DNA of 64,000 bases from Mobula hypostoma (Eukaryota): assembly GCF_963921235.1 (NCBI RefSeq), contig NC_086101.1, forward strand, positions 10,418,001 through 10,482,000, read 5' to 3'. Each line of letters starts with the position of its first letter. The first letter of the stretch is position 1. A model generated the notes under the pieces. That model searched no databases. It saw only the letters and a list, made by a program, of their open reading frames with translations, and was not told where the DNA came from. Shown here in pieces: positions 1 through 10,071 of this stretch. A program made the translations under genes and the position numbers.

Positions 1-189
1 AGCTCTGTGCCCAAAGAACTTGGGTCTCTGGGCAGACGCAGCCAGCTCACTGCTTTCGATCTTCCATCTCCCACAACGTACCAGGTGGCAGCACCAACTT
101 CAAGTCCGCCCGCTTCCAGAGCCATGAAAATCCGGCACCTTGAAGGCATACTAGTCTTCTCGGCTGCGTCCTTGGCATATCTCTCTCCT

Positions 190-335
190 CTCCTTGTAGC
201 TCATACCTTCTACTCCAGGCAGCGGCCTGGTACACCTCTTCCAAATCCTCTCCAAAGACACTATATCCTTCCTGGAATGGGGCAGGCAGAATTGCACATC
301 AAATTCCAAGTACTGCCGAGACAAAGTTTTATAGA
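190..335 (-). mobile_element. Old CR1 LINE, 3' ORF2 fragment (continues at 5477)
   Basis: Antisense CR1-like sequence (ctccaggcagc...ctctccaaagacactatatccttcctg...aagttttataga) joins seamlessly to 5477 (aagttttatagagctgtatcatgacttcctg). Confidence 0.65.
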
Positions 336-1592
336 CCTTCTTCTTCTTCTTCTGACTTTAATGGCAGTTGGCAATCCAACTTAAAGGTGCATTCCGGCCG
401 CCAACTGGACTTGTGTGTGGTGTAGACAGTTGGGAAATAAAACCCCTTAGTTCTTTATCAAATGAGAACTAAATTACCCCAAAGAGCCCTATTGTTTGTA
501 AATAATGAAAGAAAATATTGTGAATTAAATTCAATTCAATTCCATAACTTAGTAAGGTTTTTAAATGAAAATTATCAACCCCTGAAGCTGGTAGTGCAGC
601 CTGAATTTGCTTTCTTTCAACCTTATATGCTTCACATTGTGAAAGAATATGTTAACTGTTTCATAATGATAAAACCTACACATCCCAGAGTGATGTTTTC
701 TAACAAGATACACGGAAGAATTAAGCATAGTATGCCCAATTCTAAGTCAAGTCAATATAATTCCTTCCCTTCTTGTTTTACCCCTTTCTCCCATCAATCC
801 AACAGTGTTGTGTGTTCTGTATTTATAACTTATGCCCATTATCCCATGTCTTGCCATAATCCCCTAATTCTTAACCCCATCAACCCCTTAGCTTCTGATT
901 TGCTAAGTGGAAGGTCGATATCCACAGATGAAATTTTAACAGCTTTTTTGGCCAAACAATCAATCCCCTCATTCCCCTCAACACCTCTGTGTGCAGGGAC
1001 CCATAAGCAGAAGACATGTAGACCAATGCCTTGAATATGAAATAACGTTTGAAGAGCTTCCAGCAGTAACTGTGACCTACTGCTGGAATAAGCTGTTTTA
1101 AGAAAAAGAATCTGTACAAATTATAACTTGGCGAGGATAAATTTCCTCCACCCACTCTCAGCCCAAAATGATGGCTACTGATTGTACTGTATATACAGAT
1201 AAATGGTTAGAGAGATGTTTCTTTATTGTTCCCTGTAATTCAGGCACAAAAACAGCCACACCAGAATTCCCTGTTAGATTATCTTTTGATCCATCAGTAA
1301 AAATGGTGAACATATCACAATAATTTTCCTTAACATATTGATGAACCAACAGACTCTCAGGCATATCAGGATCCTTGGGTTTCATTAAATCATGTTACCT
1401 AATAAAGCCATTGGAAAAAATCAAGGCGGGGTTACCAAGAAAGGTACAGTGGGACATATTGCGTAATACAACAAACCTATTCCTAGCGTGACAAGAACCC
1501 AGCCACCCAGAACTAAAAACACTCTTCTTGTGATGTTCTCAACAGTCTTCCAGCACAATTTTAATAGGGTGATCATTCCTCTGCTCTCAAAT

Positions 1593-4500
1593 AGAAAAAG
1601 ACAGGAGAAAGAGTGTGAGGGAGGATAGGCAGATGCTAGAGAAGGGACACGCTCAGACCGAAGGTTTGAGATGTATCTATTTTAACGCAAGGAGTGTTGT
1701 GAACAAAGTGGATGAGCTTAGAGCGTGGATCAGTACTTGGAGATATGATGTGGTGGCCATTACAGAGACTTGGATGGCTAAGGGACAGGAATGGTTACTT
1801 CAGGTACCAGGTTTTAGATGCTTTGGAAAGGACAGGGAGGGAGGCAAAAGAGATGGGGACGTGGCACTGTTGATCAGAGATAGTGTCACGGCTGCAGAAA
1901 AGCAGAATGCCATGAAGGGATTGTCTACGGAGTCTCTGTGGGTGGAGATTAGGAACAGGAAGGGGTCAATAACTTTACTGGGTGTTTTTATAGGCCACCC
2001 AATAGTAACAGGAATATCAAGGAGCAGAAAGGGTAACAGATCCTGGAAAAGTGTAATAATAACAGAGTTGTCATGATGGGAGATTTTAATTTCCCAAATA
2101 TAGATTTGCATCTCCCGAGAGCAAGGGGTTTAGATGGGGTGGAGTGTGTTAAGTGTGTTCAGGAAGGTTTCTTGACACAATATGCAGATGACCCTACAAG
2201 AGGAGAGACTGTACTTGATTTGGTTTTGGGAAATGAACCTGGTCACATGTCAGATGTCTCAGTGGGAGAGCATTTTGGAGATAGTGATCACAATTCTATC
2301 TCCTTTACGATAGCATCGGAGAGAGATAGGAACAGACAAGTTAGAAAAGCATTTAACTGGGGTAAGGGGAATTATGAGGCTATCAGGCAGGAAATTGGAA
2401 ACAGATGTTCTCAAGTGTTATGTACCCCATAACGGGTTAAAGAACCATCAGAAATGGAAAACACCTTATAGTCTGGTATTGCTGTTAACTGGTGCTCATT
2501 TGTTAGTAACTACACAACAGAGTAATATAAATTCAGATCTATCAAACAGGTTAGCAATGATTATGTATATATATAGGTGGAAGTATATAAAAGCCAAGCT
2601 TAGGAAGTAAATGGATACAGTCTTACGATGATGGGTAAAGTTCAGTTCAGTTCGTGGTATTGAGTTGAGTAGTGATGGAGACAGGGAGAGGTGTTTAATT
2701 CTTCAGGTAAGCTGTTGCCGTCGCTTATCCGTTGTCCTCCGAAATCCCTTAGCACCCACCGAATATGACCACAACAAGGGGACCGTCTTCTGTGGTGGAG
2801 CTATCAACCCAGGCGAGGGTTGACAAAACTAATAACTTCCCAACGGTCATCTCTTTTTCACACTGCGAGAGCCACTGATCGATCCTCCAAAAACCCACCT
2901 TTCTGTGGGCACACAACAAAGCTTATTCAGTATCCAAAACTATGTGTGTGTAACAACCAGCTGACCTTGTATTTATCTCAGCATGCTGAACACCAGCTGT
3001 CCATCACGTAGCTCCTCCCTTCTCTTCTGTAGGAACTCAGAAGCTGGCAGTGTCCTTGCAGAAATCCCAGACAAACTGTAAGCAGTCTTTGCCTCTCTCC
3101 CTCTCAGTAACAAGTTGTTTGTGTTGTACAGTTGCACGCTCTCTCTCCTTTTTAAAGGAACAGTCCATATTGAATAATCCTTCAGATCTCTGCACACAAG
3201 GAAAAGTGTGGAAGATATGTGGCAAATCTTCAGGAAATATTTGTGTGAAGTTCTGCGTATGTACATCCCAATTAGACAGGGAAGTTATGGGAGGGTACAG
3301 GATCCATGGTGTACAAAGGCTGTAATGAATCTGGTCAAAAAGAAAAGAAACGCTTACAAAAGGTTCAGAGAGCTAGGTAATATCAGAGATCTAGAAGATT
3401 ATAAGACCAACAGGAAAGAGCTTAAGAAGGAAATTAGGAGAGCCAGAAGGGACCATGAGAAGGCCTTGGCAGGCATGATTAAGAAAACCCCACAGCATTC
3501 TACAAGTCTGTGAAGAGCAGGAGAATAAGACGTGAAAGAACAGAACCTATCAAATGTGACTGTGGGAAAGTGTGTATGGAACCGGAGGAAATAGCAGAGG
3601 TATTTAATGAATACTTTACTTCAGTATTCACTGTGGAAAAGGATCTTGGTGATAATAGTGACGAATTGCAGCAGATTGAAAAGCTTGAGCATGTAAGTAT
3701 TAAGAAAGAGGATGTGCTGGAGCTTTTGGAAAGCATCAAGTTGGATAAGTTGCCGGGATCGGATGAGATGTACCCCAGGCTACTGTGGGAGGTGAGGGAG
3801 GAGATTGCTGAGCCTCTGGCGATGATCTTTGCATCATCAATAGGGATGGGAGAGGTTCCAGAGGATTGGAGGTTTGCGAATGTTGTTCCCTTATTCAAGA
3901 AAGGGAGTAGAGAAAGCCCAGGAAATTATAGACCAGTGAGTCTTACTTCAGTGGTTGGTAAGTTGATGGAGAAGATGCTGAGAGGCAGAATGAACATTTG
4001 GAGATGTATAATATGATTAGGAATAGTCAACATGGCTTTGTCAACTGCCTGATTGAATATTCTGAGGATGTGACTAATCACATTGATGAAGGAAGAGCAG
4101 TAGATGTAGTGTATATGGATTTCAGCAAAGCATTTGATAAAGTACCCCATGCAAAGCTTATTGAGAAAGTAAGGAGGCATGCGGACATTGCTTTGTGGAT
4201 CGAGAAATGACTTGCCCACAGAAGGCAAAGAGTGGTTGTAGATGGATCATATTCTGCATGGAGGTTGGTCATCAGTAGAGTACCTCAGGGGTCTGTTCTG
4301 GGATCCTTACTCTTCATGATTTTTATAAATTACCTGGATGAGGAAGTGGAGGGATAGGTTAGTAAGTTTGCTGATGACACTAAGGTTGGAGGTGTTGTGG
4401 ATAGTGTGGAGGGCTGTCAGAGGTTACAGCAGGACATTGATAGGATGCAAAACTGGGCTGAGAAGTGGCAGATGGAGTTCAACCCAGATAAGTGTGAAGT

Positions 4501-5270
4501 GGTTCATTTTGGCAGGTCAAATATGATGGCAGAATATGGTATTAATGGTAAGACTCTTGGCAGTGTGGAGGATCAGAGGGATCTTGGGGTTCGAGTCCAT
4601 AGGACGCTCAAAGCAGCTGCACAGGTTGATTCTGTGGTTAAGAAGGCATATGGTGTATTGGCCTTCATCAATCGTGGAATTGAATTTATGAGCCAAGAGG
4701 TAATGTCACAGCTATATAGGACCCTGGTCAGACCCCACTTGGAGTATTGTGCTCACTTTTGGTCACCTCACTACAGGAATGATGTGAAACCATAGAAAGG
4801 GTGCAGAGGAGATTTACAAGGATGTTGCCTGGATTGGGGAGCATGCCTTATGAGAATAGATTGACGTAACTCGGTCTTTTCTCCTTGGACCGACGGAGGA
4901 TGAGAGGTGACCTGATAGAGGTGTATAAGATGATGAGAGGTATTCGTCGTGTGGGTAGTCAGATGTTTTTTTCCCAGGGCTGAAATGGTTGCCACAAGAG
5001 GACACAGGCTTACGGTGCTGGGGAGTAGGTACAGAGGAGAAATCAGGGGTAAGTTTTTTACTCAGAGTGGTGAGTGCGTGGAATGGGCTGCCAGCAAAGG
5101 TGGTGGAGGTGGATACTATAGGGTCTTTTAACAGACTTTTGGATAGGTACACTGAGCTTAGGAAAATAGAGGGCTAAATGTAAGCCTACTAATTTCTAGG
5201 GTAGGGACATGTTTGGAACAACTTTGTGGGCCGAAGGGCCTGTATTGTGCTGTAGGTTTTCTGTGTTTCT
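1593..5270 (+). mobile_element. CR1 LINE, near-complete decayed ORF2 (APE endonuclease + RT) with 3' tail
   Basis: Motifs CIYFNARS...[63 protein letters not shown]. 3' end ggccgaagggcctgt...tttctgtgtttct. Multiple frameshifts and stops. AAAT is repeated at both junctions (1589-1592, 5271-5274). Confidence 0.95.
2416..3196 (-). mobile_element. Solo LTR (781 bp; Gypsy or ERV type) inserted in the CR1
   Basis: Begins TG (2416) and ends CA (3196); 4-bp TSD CAAG at 2412-2415 and 3197-3200; the CR1 sequence rejoins across it. The minus-strand end GGGGTACATAACA suggests orientation. No internal coding region. Confidence 0.82.
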
Positions 5271-5476
5271 AAATTAATCCAGTGTGTTAACAATAACTTC
5301 AACCTACACAACTGTTATGGTAATTTTCCCATTTCAACCAGTAAATCTAAAACAGGGGATGACATGATCACACCACAACATAATCTTAAAACCTGTGCTT
5401 GTATCACATCCAAACATGTTAAAGTTGAATGTGAAGCTGATCCATAAGCCACACAGCCAGAAGTACAGATCTTATT

Positions 5477-6775
5477 AAGTTTTATAGAGCTGTATCATGA
5501 CTTCCTGACTCCTGTACTGTATGCCCCTGGTGATGAAGGCAGGCATTTCATACACATCTTTTTTTGCCACACGATCTATTTGCATTGCCACTATGAGGAA
5601 GATTGGACTTGGACCCAAAAATCCTCTGTACATCAATGCCAATAACTTTATCCTTTCCACTTAAACTTGGCCTTCCGAAGTGCAACATCTCACTTGTTGA
5701 GATGAAACTCTATTTGCCATTTGTCTGCTCAGATTTCCAAATGATCTATGTCCTATAGTTGTATCCTTTAACAACTTTCTTCACTACCCACAGTTTAATT
5801 CAAACAATACTCACGTTGTCTGCAAAGTTGCCAACCCACCTATCTACAACTTTGTCTCAGTCACTTATATATTGTACATATACTGTGTGTACAGTTCCCC
5901 ATGGATCCTGTGCATCTCTGAATGTCCAAAGGTTCATTTACTATTAAAGTTCACACTCTGAAATTCTTGTTCTCCCATTAACCGTGAAGCCATGAAAGAA
6001 AAGAAGGGTGACATGATCTTCAAACCCCAAATCCCCCCTCCCCACACAAAAGAAGCAAAAAAGAACATGACAAGCAGATCAACCTCCAAATCCCTTCTCC
6101 CACACAAAAAAGAATAAAATGGGAACAGGCACATCAACCCTCAAATCCCCCTCTCTGCAAAAAAGAATGGGCAAGATCAGGCAAAAATCACAATATTAAA
6201 AAGCTATAGGACTGAAAAAAGAAGTCTAGTCCAAGTCCACGTCCGAAACTCAGAAAACTTGGGTAACACTCTCCAGGCAAGGCGACAGGCTTTTCCCTGT
6301 CCGGCAGTGAGCGATTAAAAGACAGGCAGCCGGCACTCACCCTCCACATTCACCTCAATCTTAATCATCGTGATCAACCCACCATGAGAGGCTGTTCAGT
6401 TTCCTTACTAAAGCCCATGTAGTCAACATCCACTGCTCCACTGTTATAAATCACCTTCTTCACCTCCTCAAAAACCTCAATCAAATTTGCAAGGCATACC
6501 CTACTCCACACAAAGCCATCCAAATGCGAGCAAATCCAATCCCAGAGAATACTCTCCAATAGCTTCTCCATCACTGATGTAAGATCCATGGGCTATCACT
6601 CCTAGATTATTCCTTTTTTCCCATCTTGAAATATGGAACAACATTCGCTATCTCCAATTCTTCAGCATTCCACCAATACCCTCTGTCTTCTGTGGGCAAG
6701 ACTGAGAAAAAAGTTTTGTCAAAATGCCAGAAATCCCAGAAAACCCCAGAAATTTCCTCTCTTGCCTCTCTCAGT
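5477..6775 (-). mobile_element. Old CR1 fragments (RT region), interrupted at ~5925-6370 by an unclassified short repeat
   Basis: Antisense ORFs ...QYRSQEVMIQLYKT and LTSVMEKLLESILWDWI...CLANLIEVFEEV...AVDVDYMGFSK. Confidence 0.75.
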
Positions 6776-6782
6776 TACTGGT

Positions 6783-7860
6783 TGTGATGAATCAGCATAC
6801 AGAGGGAAATTGAAAATTTGCCTGAGTGGTGTCACAACAACAACCTCTCACTCAATGTCACCAAGACCAAGGAACTGATAGCAGACTTCAGACGAGGGAA
6901 AGCAGAGGTCCATGAGCCAGTCCTCATTGGTGGGTCAGAGGTGAGAGGGTTAGCAACTTTAAATTCCTGGGTGTTACTATTCCGCAGGACCTGTCCTGGA
7001 CCCAGCATGTCAGTGTAATTGTGGAGAAAGTATGGCAGTGCCTCTAGTTCCTGAGGAGCCTGCAGAGATTCAGCATGACATCAGAATCAGAATCAGAATC
7101 AGGTTTATTATCACCGGCATGTGACGTGAAATTTGTTAACTCAGCAGCAGCAGCAGTTCAATGCAATACATAATCTAGCAGAGAGAGAAAAAAATAAATA
7201 AAATAAAACATCATAATAAATAAACAAGTAAATCAATTACATATATTGAATAGAATGCATAAAAATGTTGACAGAAGTCTATAATTGTGTGGCAGAAAGT
7301 GTACTGACTGGCAGCAACACGGTCTGATGTGTGAACACCAATGCCTTTGAACAGAAAATCCTGCAAAAGGTAGTGGATTTCACCCAGTATATCACGGGTA
7401 AAGCCCTCCTAACCATTGAGGGCATCGACATGAAACACCATCATTTTACAGCAGCATCCATCATCAGAGACCCCCACCGCCCAGGCCAGGCTCTTTTCTC
7501 ACTGCTGCCATCAGGCAGAAGGTACAAAGCCTCAGGACTCACACCACCAGGTTCAAGAACAGTTACAAGCCCTCAACCTTCAGACTCTTGAACAAGAGGG
7601 GATAACTACACTCACCTGCCCATCCATTGAGATGTTCCTACAACCAATGATCTTTCCTTTGATTGTTTTTGTTATTTAATATTATTTATTGCTATTTATA
7701 TAATTTTACATTTGCAGTTTGTTGTCTTCTGCACTTTACTGGATTTTTCATTGATCCTGTTACAGCTACAATTCTGTAGGTTTGCTGAGTATGTCCGAAG
7801 GAAAATGAAACTCGGAGCTTATTTATGTACTCTGACAATAAAATTTACTTTGAACTTTGT
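6783..7860 (+). mobile_element. Rex1/Babar-clade LINE, 5'-truncated
   Basis: DESAYR...EWCHNNNLSLNVTKTKELIADFRR; IIRDPHRPGQALFSLLPSGRRY; 3' end gacaataaaatttactttgaactttg. Contains an antisense 3'-tail fragment at 7082-7255. Confidence 0.85.
7082..7255 (-). mobile_element. Short 3'-tail fragment of a Rex1-type LINE
   Basis: (AGAATC)3 tail followed by aggtttattatcaccggcatgtg...cagcagcagttcaa; closely similar to 7870-8030. Confidence 0.7.
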
Positions 7861-7868
7861 ACAGATCG

Positions 7869-8984
7869 GAAACAGAATCAGGTTTATTATTATCGGCATG
7901 TGTCGTGAACTTTGTTAACTGAGCAGCAGCAGTTCAATTCAATACATAATATAGAAGAAGAGGAAAAAATAATAAATAAATCAATCAATTAAAATATACG
8001 TACATTGAATAGATGAAAAATCATTCAAAAAACAGAAATAGTTTATATTAAAAAAGTGAGTTAGTGTTCATGGGTTCAATGTCCATTTAGGATTCATATG
8101 GCAGAGGGGAAGAAGCTGTTCCTGAATCGCTGAGTGTATGCCTTCAGGCTTCTGTACCTCCTGTCTGATGGTAACAGTGAGAAAAGGGCCTGCCCTGGGT
8201 GCTAGAAGTCCTTAATAATGGACACTTCCTTTCTGAGACACCGCTCCTTGAAGATGTACTTCCTGGGTACTTTGTAGACTCGTACCCAAGATGGAGCCAA
8301 TTAAATTTACAACCTTCTGCAGCTTCTTTCGGTCCTGTCAGTAACCTCCTCCCCAACACCTCCACCCCCCCCGCCATACCACACAATGATGCAGCCTGTC
8401 AGAATGCTCTCCACCGTACATCTACAGAAGTTTTTGAGTGTTTTTGTTCACGTACCAAATCTCTTCAAACTCCTAATGTCATATAGTTGCTGTCTTGCCT
8501 TCTTTATAACTGCCTCGATATGTTGGGACCAGGAGAGATCCTCAGAGATCTTGACACCCAGGAACTTGAAACTATTCACTCTCTCCATTTCTGAATCCTC
8601 AATGAGGATTGGTATGTGTTCCTTCCTGAAGTCGACAATCAGCTCTTTTGTCTTACTGACGTTGAGTGTAATGTTGTTACTGGGACACCATTCCAATAGT
8701 TGGCATATCTCACTCCTGTACGCCCTCTCAGCTCCAGCTGAGATTCTACCAACAATGTGTATCATCAGCAAATTTATGGATGGGATTTGAGCTATGCCTA
8801 GCCACCCAGTCATGGGTATAGAGAGAGTAGAGCAGTGGGCTAAGCACACACTCCTGAGGTACACCAGTATTGATCGTCAGCGAGGAGGAGATATTATCAC
8901 TAATCCACACAGGTTGTGGTCTTCCAGTTAGCAAGTCGAGGATCCAATTGCAGAGGGAGGTACAGAGGACCAGGTTCTGTAACT
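7869..8984 (-). mobile_element. Rex1/Babar-clade LINE, 5'-truncated
   Basis: Antisense [10 protein letters not shown]...[20 protein letters not shown]...KFADDT; LEWCPSNNITLNVSKTKELIVDFRK...FKFLGVKISEDLSW. Confidence 0.9.
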
Positions 8985-9227
8985 TGTGTTCTTTCTGGCT
9001 TTCTTTATATTCCTGAAACTTCCTGTCTGAATTCAGCTTTCAAATACTTGCGTGTTTCATCAGGCAGCATCTGTGGAGAGAAAAGCAGTTAATGTCTCAA
9101 GCTGATGAACTAGAAAAGGTTAGAAATCAATAAACATGATCGCAAGCAGATTTAATACTTATGCTTCATGAATTCATGTTGCATTTTTCCAAATGACTAT
9201 TATTTCTCCATCTGTCATTAACTGCAG

Positions 9228-9506
9228 GTTTGGGGAGCGAACCTCGGATTCAGATGAAGGGATACCATGGAGCGGGAATCCAGCTTGTGTGTAAATCCAG
9301 TGGATGGTATCCTGAACCAGAGATCCAGTGGATCAGTGGGGATGGGAATGCATTAACAGAGGCTGAGACAAAGTACCACAAAGACTCGGGTCTTGTAAAT
9401 GTTGAGAGCAGTGTTGGAGTAACGAGTCAATCATCAGGCAAACTGAAGTGTATTATCAGGAGTCAACGTTTGAAAACAGAACATATGGCAATTATTACAA
9501 TATCAG
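9228..9506 (+). CDS. Butyrophilin/BTNL (B7-family)-like gene, internal IgC-domain exon (279 nt, phase 1/1)
   Basis: Pyrimidine-rich tract and CTGCAG acceptor (AG 9226-9227); donor G|GTTTGT at 9507. Translation (G)LGSEPRIQMKGYHGAGIQLVCKSSGWYPEPEIQW...GLVNVESSVGV...LKCIIRSQRLKTEHMAIITIS matches the butyrophilin IgC signature (GLGS.P.I...GI.L.C.S.GWYP.P...W) with both Ig cysteines. No stops. Confidence 0.92.
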
Positions 9507-10071
9507 GTTTGTAAATTATGTTTGATCGGTGAAGGGGAAAGGTGATCTAATTTCTCCTGAAAAACTAGCTACCAAAAATAGTTTGTCTCCATAATGTCAT
9601 TGCCAAGATCTTATCCCTGTTGAAGATTGTCCCTTGTTTATAAACAAAGTCAACTTTTAGTGACTATTTTGCTGTTTATGCACCTTTTAAATCTGGCACA
9701 CCATTAAAGGCCAATTGAATCCACAGCTTGTCCATTTGGGTTGGACATCAACGCAGATATTTTCAATCCTTTGATACTCAGGTGAAACATCAATTCCATC
9801 TGAGTGCATACAACTTGGAACATTTCCAAAAATATTAGCATTACCAAACATTTCCAAAGCATTAGCATCTGCTGCATTGACCTAGCTGTGAACTATTGAC
9901 ATTGCTATGCCCAAGATGAAAGTTTTGTTGATGTCGCAGGTATGGTCCAATTTAAAAAGAAGATCCATAAAAATAATCATCTAGATTACTACTTGAAACT
10001 TCTATAAGTTGGCCCAGGCTAATACAATCAGAGTAGAATTCCTGGCTCAATGATCAGTGTGGGAAAACCCC

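Larger units (their letters stand above)
336..5476 (-). mobile_element. 5'-truncated Nimb/I-clade LINE with RNase H domain (pieces 336-1592 and 5271-5476, split by a CR1 insertion)
   Basis: (GAA)n tail at ~337-352; RNase H motif FTIFTDGSKDNLTGNSGVAVFVP (ORF 1158-1385). The reading frame continues across the CR1 (...EMGKLP*QLCRLKLLLTHWINL, then ...NDHPIKIVLEDC). 12-bp TSD AAGTTTTATAGA at 324-335 and 5477-5488. Confidence 0.78.

Noticed and set aside
462..1034. 190-aa plus-strand ORF, plus other antisense ORFs such as 11639-12184, 14970-15425 and 15770-16189
   Set aside because: They lie antisense to or within transposon sequence and show no recognisable domain.
1..9227. Search for the IgV and leader exons of the BTN-like gene
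   Set aside because: No V-set motif (C...W...D.G.Y.C) with splice sites was found; the region is explained by repeats, so these exons are presumably upstream of the window.
9560..10060. Non-repeat-looking stretch after the IgC exon, with a small ~27-bp tandem duplication near 9818-9870
   Set aside because: No convincing exon, ORF or recognisable family; it cannot be classified without a database search.
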